Of a DNA stretch of 64,000 nt, positions 27,940 to 40,181 are shown in pieces. The stretch comes from Adineta vaga (lineage: Eukaryota > Animalia > Rotifera), in the NCBI GenBank assembly GCA_021613535.1, contig CP075492.1, positions 17,422,001 to 17,486,000 of the forward strand, read 5' to 3'. Within the stretch, counting starts at the first letter, position 1. The number at the start of each line of letters is the position of its first letter. Made by a program: the position numbers and the translations under genes. The notes beneath the pieces were generated by a model. It was not told the DNA's origin and did not search any database. It saw nothing but the letters and a program-made list of their open reading frames with translations.

Positions 27940-30900
27940 ATGGAAAATAACAAAAACCAAGAGTCACTTAATAATTTAATATGGCAAAGAAATCTATCGA
28001 ATGCCAGAAATATCAAAATAAATTTACAATCCATTATAGATGGTCCAATGAAACTATTGTATCAAATATTGAATCATTTTGAAAATCTGAATGGTACAGA
28101 TCCTATTGGATTACTTTTAAGTTTATTTGTTTGTGTCGGGCATTTTTGTGGCGAATCAACAGTTAAAATAACAAATCATATATCGAAATTAAATGTTTTC
28201 CTTTTACTAATTGGTCCATCAGGTCATTTTTTATAAAGAAAACACTATAAAAAAATCACTTATACATATATAGGTAGTGGAAAGTCAAAAATAATATCGC
28301 CCATTAAAAAAGCAATAATTCGTGCTATTAAAGCCTTAGGAATTTCAAAACAAGATGCTGGAATCATGGATGATTTCACGAATGCTTCTCTTTCATCGAA
28401 ATTATCTAAAACTAATGTTTTCATTCTCACAGATGAAGCTGAAAAACCACTGTTGTCATTGGGATTTTATTCACCATTATCAGAAGTTAGTGCTGCAGAT
28501 CGTATTTCTGGATGTAAATTTTTTGGTACAATACCAACAACTAAAGATACAATGAGCTATCATTTGGAGATTAATTCACATTTATCTTTTGTTGGTGCAA
28601 CTACAGGACGATTATGGCATCGATTGATACATTTTTATGCACAAGGTTATCAAAGTGATGGATTTTCAGAAAGGTATTAACTTCTTCTTCATAACTAATC
28701 CACAAAGATTCACATAATTGAAAGAGTATTCAGCAACTAAAGTTCATTATGAATATCATTGATAAGAAACCTCTAATGAAACATAACGACGATTGAAGAA
28801 AATTGAATGTTGATTGGTTGATTAATTATCTTATAATTTTTTCCGCACATGTTGATACAAATCTTTCCATTATCGAATCCATAATTATTATACATATACA
28901 TTAATCAGGAGATAGAACAAACTTTTATTAATAAGCAACTAATGCTATCATCAAAATTTACTCTATTTCTCTTTTGTAATCTGTTATTCAAGAAATACTT
29001 ATAACATATAATAATACATAAAATACATCATTTTTCATTTTAGATTTCTCCATTATGTTATGCCTAAGAAAAATGAGTTGAATTTTAATTTATCGCAATG
29101 CATTGAATATGAAGAAGTTGATGATGGTGATATTGGTGATGAATATGATGATGATATCAGTGATGATGAATATGACACTGAACAAAAACTAAGTTCAAAT
29201 ACGAATCTTCCAACTTTATGTCAAATTTTAATTATTTGCCAACTTCTTGGAAAACGTAAATTTATTTTAAGCAGAAATGGAACAAAAAAATTTTATGACA
29301 AAGTTCGACAATATCAAGAACTTTCTCAAATTGATAAACCAGACGATGTCAATTATGGTTCTCGTATGGGAAAATCTGCTGAAATACTATGTAAACTAGT
29401 GGCTATATGTCAAACACTTAAAATCTCTATGGATATTCTGAAGTAAATATAATGAACTAAAAATTTACTTATATCAATAATTCAACAATTAATTTTACGT
29501 TTTAATTCATAGAACTCTTCAAGAACAAAAACAATTGATTTCTGGTGATTTAACTTTTAATTTTATTCGAAGTGTAACTCAAATTATTGAAACAAAATAT
29601 AAGTCTACAAACAATATTATGGAAATAGATTCATCTAGTTGTCGACTAGCAGTAACCATTCTTTGTAGCCATTTACTTAAAACATTATTTACTTTGTACA
29701 ATACAGAACCAATTACTGAACCTGACGAAAAATCCACAAATCTACAATCAATTTCTAGTAAAATTCCTTTTCCAAACATTTCTTTTATACTAATTGTTTA
29801 TTAGTTCATTCAAATATAAATACTATTCGTGAACGCATAATTCAATTTCCACAACTTTTCTTCTTGAAACGTGATTTAACTGGAAGTATGGGTGTACTTC
29901 GGCATTATCCTTCTCAAATGGTCAATACCGTTCTTGATGAATGTATCTCTTATCAATTAATACGAAAAGGACGTATGAGTTTTTAACTATTCAAGCAAAT
30001 ATTTCTATATTCATATCAATATTTTTGTTAGCTTACATCACAACAACGTCTCGTGGAATTGTTCATATGAAATCTTTTCCATCAAATAATATTTTAAATA
30101 ATCCATCAAAACTTGTTGCACTTGAACAAATACTTAATGAAATCAATTTGAATTTAACTAGCTACTCAAATATTCTTTGCCAATGTATTATAAAAGAAAA
30201 ACAAATACTTACATCAGCTGGGAAAGATATATTATTGTTACCTGAACACAATCTTTTATATCAACATTTAAAAGAAAAATATCCAGAACGCCAATTAAAT
30301 GGTAAATTTTCATATACAACGATCATTTATTTCATTATAATCACTACGTCAATACAATGATCAAATCTATTTTTTGAAACATAAAATTCTATATTTTAAT
30401 TAATTATTCTTACAACAAGTTTATAATTTTCAATTTTTTCTATTATAGATATAATTCCTTCATCTCAACCAATTGTTTGCACAAACATTATAAATGAAGA
30501 ATTACCGAAATCTACAATAGATAACGCATCAAATATCCTCGACACTTCTGATTATGGTAAAACAATAAGAAATTCATAATGTGCATCATTGTTTTTTTTT
30601 CTATTGCACAGTAACTAATTTATCAACACCAATTCTGTCATCTACAACAATTGATACAACATTAATAAACAACTTTTACAATAATACACCACCTCCATCA
30701 AATGACAGCTCTTCAGCACTGACATTAAATATTCCAGAAAGTAATTATTTATATTATTTTACATCTGATCATGACCAATATTGAACTCTAATTATTTAGA
30801 AAATTTCATCACTAATCCACATCGAACACAATCAACAATCAATCAAAATTCAAATCAAAACAAAACGTTACCAATCACAGAACATGAACTCATCACCACA

Positions 30901-31978
30901 AATAATCATACAATGCATTTTTCTACAAATCCAACTTTTAAATGCATAAAAACGATGATTCCATTACAACAATCACGTATATCATTTTCATAATATATAA
31001 TACTATTTGAAAATATCTATCTAGCAACACAATCAGACAAGCAAAACAATGTCAAATATATCATTCCAACACATTCTGGTAAATTAATCAGTAAAAAATC
31101 TAAAATAAAGAGAATTTCATTTTTACTTTCAGTATTATCCTTCAACAATATAAATGATCCAATGCAAATATCCGCTGCTCAAACATCAGTATCAAATATT
31201 AATAATATCTTCCAGTCATCATCTACTATGGCTCATACTATTCAACAAGTAAATGTATTTTAATTTTTGTTATGAGCTTATTTTTGCGAATCCATCAATA
31301 GTATTTCGTTCGATCGATAAAAAACAATTCCCTTGATATTTTTTACCAATTTTATCAATAAACAATTTTAATAAAAAAATTTCCGTTTTGATTTTGTTTT
31401 CATTAATAACTACCAAAAACCAAAAATAAAAAGCATATGAATTATACGCATAATTCATCTTTTTTCACCATACTTGAAAATCACTAAATTACTTCTACAT
31501 TTATTTACTATTTAGAACAAATCTTTAACCATGTTAACTAATAAATCGAATACATCGTCAAATAATGCACGCATTGCATACGAAAATAAAACGAATACAT
31601 CAAACACATCACAAATAGTTGATTTGTTTGATAATAACACAAGCATAATTGAATCAAAAGGTAATCTTATTATTTGAATATCATATTTGTCAGAAATATT
31701 TCGAAAAAAAATTTAACAATTATAAACACTATATCAATACATTTATATTTTATATCAGCATAATTTTATCCAATTTTTTATTTCTGTCAATTCATATTAA
31801 TTGCGTTTTGATGTTAATACTGTGTTTAGAAAAAATACAGACAAAACCTGTTCCGTTATCGAATACGACAACAACAAAAACCGATCCAAAATCTCGAAAA
31901 CAAACCAAACGCAACATTTATTCACCTCGACAAACTGCCAAAAAAAGAACATCATCTACAAAACGCAAAAAGAAATAA
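27940..31978 (+). CDS. DUF3987/YfjI-like P-loop AAA+ ATPase (putative helicase) with a low-complexity tail and basic NLS-like end, multi-exon
   Basis: NVFLLLIGPS|GSGKS Walker A split by intron 28223-28273, FILTDE Walker B, LSFVGATT, and SDGFSER|FL Arg-finger-like motif. C-terminus KKRTSSTKRKKK. The 3' exon structure is less certain. Confidence 0.72.
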
Positions 31979-32325
31979 ATTCAGTCGAAAAAAAGAGCTA
32001 ATAAAAATAAAAATAATTATTTTCATTTTCTTTAGTTTTAATTGATAATAAATGAATGAAAATATCTTTAAAATATAATATAAATCCATTAAAAATTGAA
32101 AACCCTTCTCCTTAATAAAACTATTTATGAATATAAATAACTATTTTCTACAAGTAGAATTTCATTTTCTAATGAAAATTGAACTCTTTTAGATGGATAA
32201 TTCCTAAAAAAACGTAATTCACTCTAAATTTTTAATATACATTCAAACTACATAACTAAAAAAAAATCCTTCATACGTTCCTCCTGCACACATATTCACA
32301 CTAGCAAGAACAATAATGCATTTAA

Positions 32326-33058
32326 AACAAAACGAAATTTACTTTCATTTCATTTAATACAAAATTCAATGTCCCGCATGTCCCAATAATAGAAAAATAT
32401 CTATGTATAACAAAACGAAATTCACTTTCCTTTTATTTAATACAAAATTCAATGTCCCGTATGTCCCGATACTAGAAAAATATCTATGTATAATAAAACG
32501 AAATTCACTTTCATTTCATTTAATACAAAATTCAATGTCCCGTATGTCCCGATACTAGAAAAATATCTATGTATAATAAAACGAAATTCACTTTCATTTC
32601 ATTTAATACAAAATTCAATGTCCCATATGTCCCGATACTAGAAAAATATCTATGTATAATAAAACGAAATTCACTTTCATTTCATTTAATACAAAATTCA
32701 ATGTCCCGCATGTCCCAATAATAGAAAAATATCTATGTATAACAAAACGAAATTCACATTCATTTCATTTAATACAAAATTCAATGTCCCGCATGTCCCA
32801 ATAATAGAAAAATATCTATGTATAACAAAACGAAATTCACATTCCTTTTATTTAATACAAAATTCAATGTCCCGCATGTCCCAATAATAGAAAAATATCT
32901 ATGTATAACAAAACGAAATTCACATTCCTTTTATTTAATACAAAATTCAATGTCCCGTATATCCCAATAATAGAAAAATATCTATGTATAACAAAACGAA
33001 ATTCACTTTCATTTCATTTAATACAAAATTCAATGTCCCGTATGTCTCGATAATAAAA
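32326..33058 (+). repeat. Tandem array of about 9 x 83 bp inside the transposon
   Basis: AATACAAAATTCAATGTCCC recurs at 32356, 32439, 32522, 32605, 32688, 32771, 32854, 32937 and 33020 (exact 83-bp period). Confidence 0.97.
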
Positions 33059-33988
33059 ACACTTCTATATTAAAAATAAAAATCTATAATTTCAAAGCAA
33101 ACTTCAAACTCTTTCATTCTGACATTAGCGTTAATATAGGTATATAACGAAACGAATATAGATAATTCACATAAATTTATCATAACTTTTTCCACAATTT
33201 TTCTATAAAAAAATACATAATAAATTATTCTAACTTTTATTACTTAGTGGATTTAAAGAAAAATCTTTCATTTCACAATGTAATTTGATAGAAGTTTCTA
33301 AAATCTACTTTCTATTACATTAATGGAATAATAGAAATATAGAATTTATTTGAAATTTACATAGATTCCAATCTCAACTAAATTCCCTAATCGACTGCCA
33401 CATATACAAAGAAATGATTGAGAATTTTTGGAAACGAAAGGGTAAAATTGAATATTTAGTTCATGATCTTGGAACTTTGATGGAAAGAATTGATGATGAA
33501 TCTTTTGGTATAATAACAAGTTGTTATGTATGGCAAATCATGTCGAAAGAAAGAGAAAAAATAATGATTAAAGAACTTTTTCGTATATTAAGTAAAGGTG
33601 GTTTATTAAATATGTTTTGTCATAATATTCCTGCGGATAAATTGATTTATCGAATTAATTTATTAGAAGAAATGGGTTTTATATGTAATATATCTCGTCA
33701 AGGATTAGAATATTGGTTAAAATCATCGTCATCCATTGGTTATGAAAAACGACAGATGGTCAAAAAAGAAATTGAAAAAAAAGAAATGGAAGAAAAACGA
33801 CAATTATTACTAAGATATCCTGAATTGAAACGAGTTTATTTTTTTCTTTCATCCGGATAATAATACGATAAACAATATTGTAAAGAATCAACGCAGCATA
33901 ACATCGAAAGAACTTTCATGAACTATCAAGATTTGTTTCAATGAATCTTTCTATTCCAAATTCAATCCTTTATCAAATCAAAAAGTAT

Positions 33989-34064
33989 TTGAAGGTGTGG
34001 GCGTGGGTGTACATTGGTGCAAGTCAGTTTCACTATCCACCCTCACCCACACCCACACCCTCCA
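33989..34064. repeat. Inverted telomere-motif palindrome
   Basis: TTGAAGGTGTGGGCGTGGGTG..CACCCTCACCCACACCCACACCCTCC. Confidence 0.8.
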
Positions 34065-34296
34065 TAGAAATTGAAAAGAAATGTTCGCGTACGCTAATTA
34101 ATATAGACATTAGTAGATTACGTATTTCATATCATTTTCAAGACATACTTTCATCAATAGAAATGATCAATAAGAACAAACTACAAACTTACGAAACTAC
34201 GCATAATATGAAGAAAAGTTAATAATCTTTAGTCCTCAACTGTTAATTTGTCAATATTGTTGCTTGTTTATTTTGTTGAAAAGAAGTTTTATCACG

Positions 34297-35310
34297 TTAA
34301 TTTACAATGTTTCTATGAAATAAATTTTGTAATTCTTTACGAAATAAACGACTTGATAATGTAAAAAGGAAAAAACTTAAACAAGGACCAATCATTGAAC
34401 AGACACCGACAATTGCATTAATTAAATTAGCTTGAGCCATTTCGAATGCATTCAATTGACGAGTACCCATTGCTGTTGTAACAATTAATCCAATTGAAAA
34501 AGCAAGACCTGTAATACTGTAAACAAGAACTTGTATAAATAACATTCGAAGTATTTGTATTTCGTTTTTTTGTTTTTTTTGATTATTTGTTACTGATACA
34601 ACTTGAACTCGTCTTCGTTGATGAATTTGTTTTATTGTAAGAATACCAAATATGAACATAAACAAAGGTGGAAAAAGACCAAAAATCATTAAATTACAAT
34701 AATTAATAATTGTTCGATAAAATCCAAGTGGACCTGTTGTATAACAAACAGATTTCAAAGTTGTTGGGGAAATATCAATTGTGAAAAATATTGGTACATG
34801 AATGTAAATAAGAAAATTAATCAAAACAGTAATGAGAATAATTCGATTAGCTACATGGACATTACTCCATGATCTTATTGTTGCGGATGAAGAACTACAC
34901 AAATATCGATCACCACAAGCTAGAGCAATTAACCAAAATGCAGTTGATCTAGAAACAAGAGAAGAAATTATTATCTTATCTAGAATTTATAATTTTACTT
35001 ACCTGATCGGATAAAGAAAAAACCAAATTATTTTACAAAGAATAGGTGAATAAACAGTTGGATCGAGATAAGGATAATTTGTTTGAATTAATCTTATTGG
35101 TAAAATTAAACACGCATTTAAAAGACCAAAGATTGATGCCCAAAAAAAATATATTCCACATGGGTTTGCTCGTAACGAAGATCGAGTAAAAACATAAAAA
35201 TTCATGAAATGACCAATAATACTTAATGGAATGATTATACAACAAAAGTATTTGATGAAAAGTATTGCAATTAAATTCAAATTATTCGCTTCATCTTGAA
35301 GATTTTTCAT
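34297..35310 (-). CDS. Rhodopsin-like 7TM GPCR, 2 exons
   Basis: NPCGIYF, CKII, ACGDRY and FFLFTLSSRLFRKEL. Intron 35002-34949. Confidence 0.88.
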
Positions 35311-36258
35311 ATTGATTGATTGATTCTATATTTATTTAGAATAGAATTGGAAAATGTGTTATCTTATGATCTAGAATATGACTCAAATATCGATTTAAGA
35401 CATCTATGTAAAAAAATAGATCATAAATCTTAAAAGATTTTGATGTGGTTGTTTTGATGATTAAACGGCGTATAAAAGTAATCTCTATTCTGCTTAGATA
35501 ATTCTTCTGTTCAGAATTATAGGACTCCTGTAATATATGACATAAGATATATCTCGAGAAGAAAATATTCATTTGAGCTAAATTTTTTCAGAACATTTTT
35601 CTTACCTTATTAGGATCAAGCTGATGCATTGAGTTTGAACCAAAAAATAATTTCTAGATTATATCAGACTGCTTATTCGTAACAGATATATATCCCTACT
35701 TGACATGATTTTCTTTTTTTTCGTCTGCGAAGAGTATCGTCTAAAATTACATGATACAATCTACCTTTTAATTATAAATAGTTCGATAATGACATTGAGT
35801 AATATTTCTAATATGGTTAAATCTATTTTATTGGTTTATGTATTATATAGTTTCAACATAGAATAAAGACATGTATTATAGATTCAGATGTTTTAAGAGA
35901 ATTTTGATAATATCCAACGGAAAAACTCACATATGAGATGTCATCAATTTTTTTTCTATTTGCATTTTAATGAACTAAATCAAGCGTATAATTGTGATGA
36001 AAATAATCTCAAGGTTTACATCAATCTTAGTTTATCTTAAAATAGAATTCATTTAATGACGCCGTTCTCTATCTAAATATCAACGCAAAATAAACAAACA
36101 CATTATAATTGTCATTCTTTACTTTTTTATACTTCGTTCTCTATTTAGCTCGTTTCATTAGACAATTAATAGTAATACTCATTATGAAAGCATAGAAAAG
36201 AATGAACAGATATTTTCTTCGTGTATTTGTGAGTCTTATTGTTTAAACACTGGAACTC

Positions 36259-37185
36259 ATGTCAAGATTTAGTACGAATAATTCAAATATAACAGATATT
36301 GAATCATGGTATATTCCAATGGATGATATTTTACGAATGACATGTACTATTATAACAATAAGTATTTGTTTTATTGTTTTGGGTCTTCTTGCTTCGAAAC
36401 GAACACCTCGAACAATACCAATGATGTTAGTTGCAAATACATGTTTAAGTGAACTTATTTGTGTTTGTACAGCTTTAAGTTTAGTTTCATTTTCACTTAA
36501 TAATGATCTAAAACAAATTCAATATCAAGATTCACTTTGTGTATTTCGAGCTTATATTAATTATAGTATGACTGTTATACAAAATCATTCTTATAATCTT
36601 CAAGCAATGTATCGATATGTAACTGTTGTACATTCAACTCGTATTTCTTGGCAATCACGTCGATTTAATTTTTGTCTAATTATTATAACATGGATATTTG
36701 GATTAATATCTTTTATACCATTCTTATTTACTAATTTGATAACATATAATATTGAAAATCAAATATGTCAATCACCAATTCAATTATCCTTTGCAATTAT
36801 TTATATTGCATTGATTATTTATATGATTCCAAATATGATTTTAAATATAATTTATATGAAATTAGTTCGATATGTTCATCAAATGAATAAACGAATAACA
36901 CCTGTAAATGTTATATCACGTGCTGAAAGAGAATTGAAAATGGTTCGAAATATTGTTACAATTTCAACAATTCTTGTTATTCTTGGTTTACCATATGCAA
37001 TTTTTATTTTAATGTCATTTTTTACAAGTATACCAAAATATCATTTTCGTATTGCTTTTATTTTTATTGATATATCAACAACAGCGGTAATCATTGCTCT
37101 TTTCAAAACTACAGATCCAATTAAAGCAACAGCAAAACAGATTATCATTGAATTAAGAACTTTAATTACACGAACGAATATTTAA
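36259..37185 (+). CDS. Rhodopsin-like 7TM GPCR, intronless
   Basis: 308 aa with 7 hydrophobic segments, LCVFRAY, AMYRY and GLPY. Confidence 0.85.
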   Translation: MSRFSTNNSNITDIESWYIPMDDILRMTCTIITISICFIVLGLLASKRTPRTIPMMLVANTCLSELICVCTALSLVSFSLNNDLKQIQYQDSLCVFRAYINYSMTVIQNHSYNLQAMYRYVTVVHSTRISWQSRRFNFCLIIITWIFGLISFIPFLFTNLITYNIENQICQSPIQLSFAIIYIALIIYMIPNMILNIIYMKLVRYVHQMNKRITPVNVISRAERELKMVRNIVTISTILVILGLPYAIFILMSFFTSIPKYHFRIAFIFIDISTTAVIIALFKTTDPIKATAKQIIIELRTLITRTNI

Positions 37186-37549
37186 ATCAAACTGGATTTC
37201 GTTTTATTACTATTTTTACATTTTATATTTGACGTCATTCTTCGGATGTGAAATATGTCATCTCAATAAACTGTTTTTGTTCAATAAAATAAATCTCTAA
37301 TTCTCTTTGATATATGGTACGTGTTTGTTCATACTTCATGCCTTTTGGTTATTCATGTCATAATGAATTTGTTTTGCGCTTCATGTCTTCTTTTTATTTT
37401 AAGTGTGTTTTATTCTTATAAATTTTTCTATTCATCTATTTCAACTTGCTATCCATTTTATATGTCATAAAGAAGCAGCTATATTCTCTAATAAGAAGAA
37501 TGCACTTATAGTTTTCTTTTTCTTATTTATTTCCTCAATAACAATCTTA

Positions 37550-38180
37550 CTCCTGAGCAAATAGTTGTTTTCTAAATATTTTACTTGTCAAAATAAATAT
37601 GAAAAATGTTATACTATGTCCTGTTACCGATAATGGTCCAACAAGGTTACTTTTAATTTGATTTAGCGCAAATCTTAAATACTATTGACTATAATAGCAT
37701 ATGTAGCTGCTGTTGATCCAACTACTAAACATTGAATTAAAGCGATTCGATATAAATTTATTTCTTTATTTGAATTTGCTGTCATTTGATTTGAGTGATT
37801 AGTTATTGGTAATACTCAACGATGACGAATATTTCGAATACTTAATAATGAGAATATTAATATTAATAGAGATGCTCCTGAACCATACGTAAACAAATCC
37901 TATATATCAAGAAATAATGAATAAATATTATTTTCAATTGAACGAATTCGACGAAATAAAACAATTTTATAAAATATAATCACATGTAAATATGTTACAT
38001 AACCTAAAATACATATTACAGGAGTTGTACGAGATGTTACTTTGAAACTGCTTGATTGATGACAATTAACATTTGTTGAACTTTGTAATTAGAAATCTTT
38101 GGAAAAAAACATTTATTTTTTCTCTGGAAAAATATAAATTTATTTACCGATCAAAATAAACAAGAAGAAGAAATCATATT
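37550..38180 (-). pseudogene. Degenerate GPCR remnant (TM5-TM7)
   Basis: Frameshifted segments NLYRIALIQCLVVG and GHSITFFIFILTSKIFRKQL. Confidence 0.5.
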
Positions 38181-38235
38181 GCCAATGCCGTGTATATATA
38201 ATATATAAATTTTATATTTTTTCTATTCAAATATC

Positions 38236-38545
38236 TAGGGTATGGGTGTGTGCGCAGTTCTAAGTGAGACTGCCGGAGTGAGTGCGAAGGTGTGAGTATG
38301 AGTATCTGTGGGTGAGGGTATAATATAAAGATGTGCGTGTAACAGAATCAAGCACATACTGAGGAATAACGCGTAAAAATGCATTCAACTATAGAACGAA
38401 GTTGAGCGCCGTTCAAACTCTAGCACATTGCTAACGCGTTAATATGTGCTCTTTTTATCATTTTATTTTCGTTCAAAATTTAACGCGCTTTTACACGTTA
38501 CTTTTCATTGTTTGTCTGCCCGGGCACATCCACACTCATACCCTA
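38236..38545. mobile_element. About 310-bp element with telomere-like terminal inverted repeats (MITE-like)
   Basis: CTAGGGTATGGGTGTG ... CACACTCATACCCTAG match at 15/16. No TSD visible. Confidence 0.5.
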
Positions 38546-38870
38546 GCCGCCCGTTAGTTTCTCCTAGGAAAGATTCAGATTTCCGGTTTCCCCAGGCCGA
38601 TTTTCAATTGCCCTAATTTGGAACTTATCCTGCGACATATATTCACTCATTTCACACACCTGACAGCTTTCAGTTGTTATCGCTGTTCTTTTTTTAAATC
38701 GTCTGAACAGAACATAACAAATATAATTTCGTTATCAGTGTGGGTGAGTTCCCTTATCTTTAAACCCGCTCACTCTACCACTGACTATAAAAAGCTTCTA
38801 TTCACACAATTTAACAATTTATTGTTGATAAAATCAGACTTAAGGCCAGGATAAATATAATCATTTAGAT

Positions 38871-40181
38871 ATGGCAGCATTGCCCTTTCTCCTTGGTGGT
38901 ATAGCAGCGCTCGGTGGAGGTGCCAAGCTATTATGGGATAAAAATTATCCAAAAGCTCCGATTTCGACAATTTACGACGTCGTCATTCGTATGAGTAGCC
39001 TACTCGCATTGAAAACTACTGGTTGGGAGATAGTGCTTGGTGAGAAAATGCAAGATGTCCATCTAACGGAACATGAGTTTAGCAATGATCGTGGTGTGAT
39101 TGTTTCTGTTATGGGTTCTTATAATCGTGGAAAGTCATTTCTTATCAACGAACTTTGTCATATCAATTTACCAAACTTGTCTTGGTACCTACACCCACCC
39201 ACACCCTCAATTGTCAGAGATAAACACAATGACAAAAAAGCAACAGAAGCGCTCCTTAGAGAGTTAGCCCTTCATTTGTCTTCATTTCTTATTATTGTGG
39301 TGAATCGTCTACGGACAACAGACCAGACATATATTCAGCAAGTACTGACTCAGTTGAAAAACACTCAGTCAAAGAAAGATGTGCTTATTGTTCACAATCT
39401 GCTGGATGTTGAAACACTAGACGATATGGAAAAAATTATAGAAAAAGAAGTGGTACATCTTTTCGATGCTATACCTAAGGAAACAGGATCAAGAATAGGG
39501 GATCGATGGTTGAACGTGCCGTTTTATCGATCCGTCCAGAATGGTATCAACTTGCGACATTTCGTTTTAGCCAAGAAAGATTCAAGAGCAGCTCAAGAAT
39601 GGAATGATAAATCCATTGACGATATAATGAATATTCTCCAGGCATCAACAAATGAACGAAGAAATCTAAATGTAATTGCTAAAGTTATAACTTATGTCAA
39701 TACGAAACTTCCACATTTATTTCGAGGTGAACAAGGGGCAGATGGGAATGTTATTGATGCCGATACAACCTCATTAAAATTCGAAATGCATAAAAGTAAG
39801 CCCAGTCTTTTTGTTTCACAGCGGGCAGGATTGGATGACCTGAATGACGATCCGTTCCCGATTGACCTCTCACCAAAACTTGTGTATGATGATGCCGGCT
39901 ATTTCGTTGGAATTACTTCGACCGATAGAGGTGAATGGCAACCTCGTTGTAATATTTATGAGACCACAGATGATATACATGTTATAGTAGAGCTTACTGG
40001 TTTTAAAGAATCATTTGAAAATCCAGTCGCTCGTCAGGAACAAATACCCATTGGTATATTTAAATTAGAAATTCCGTTAGGTTATCGAGTTAAACACACA
40101 GATGCAAAGCTGCATCGCGACCAAGGCTTTTATCGAATCACTTGTAATAAGGTGAAAAATACTTCGACACGCCTGAAATAG
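38871..40181 (+). CDS. P-loop GTPase-like domain plus C-terminal HSP20/alpha-crystallin-like domain; the G2/G3 region appears to be replaced
   Basis: VSVMGSYNRGKSFLINEL (G1), LIVHN and WQPRCNIYETTDDIHVIVELTG..GIFKLEIPL. A telomere motif at 39191-39210 is translated as LHPPTPS. Confidence 0.7.
   Translation: MAALPFLLGGIAALGGGAKLLWDKNYPKAPISTIYDVVIRMSSLLALKTTGWEIVLGEKMQDVHLTEHEFSNDRGVIVSVMGSYNRGKSFLINELCHINLPNLSWYLHPPTPSIVRDKHNDKKATEALLRELALHLSSFLIIVVNRLRTTDQTYIQQVLTQLKNTQSKKDVLIVHNLLDVETLDDMEKIIEKEVVHLFDAIPKETGSRIGDRWLNVPFYRSVQNGINLRHFVLAKKDSRAAQEWNDKSIDDIMNILQASTNERRNLNVIAKVITYVNTKLPHLFRGEQGADGNVIDADTTSLKFEMHKSKPSLFVSQRAGLDDLNDDPFPIDLSPKLVYDDAGYFVGITSTDRGEWQPRCNIYETTDDIHVIVELTGFKESFENPVARQEQIPIGIFKLEIPLGYRVKHTDAKLHRDQGFYRITCNKVKNTSTRLK

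Larger units (their letters stand above)
22420..33402 (+). mobile_element. 10,983-bp Ginger-like (DDE integrase) DNA transposon carrying RPA-like and ATPase/helicase cargo genes
   Basis: Termini TGT...ACA. TIRs 22420-22458 and 33365-33402 match at 31/39, with the inner AGTTGAGATTGGAAT perfect. 4-bp TSD TATA (22416-22419 and 33403-33406). Excision restores the host ORF. Confidence 0.92.
21896..33860 (+). pseudogene. Class I SAM-dependent methyltransferase split by an 11-kb transposon (coding 21896-22419 and 33407-33860)
   Basis: 5' half RVFIPGIG..GYDVLASDISTVAIERQK; 3' half LVHDL..ELFRILSKGGLL. The empty site reads GAT TAT ATA TAC AAA GAA ATG in frame. Confidence 0.88.

Noticed and set aside
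32326-33058. CRISPR array
   Set aside because: Units are full tandem copies without unique spacers, there are no cas genes, and the DNA is eukaryotic.
22420-33402. LTR retrotransposon, Polinton or Helitron
   Set aside because: No direct LTRs, gag or RT; no pPolB or capsid; no HUH Rep or PIF1. The ends are inverted repeats with a 4-bp TSD.
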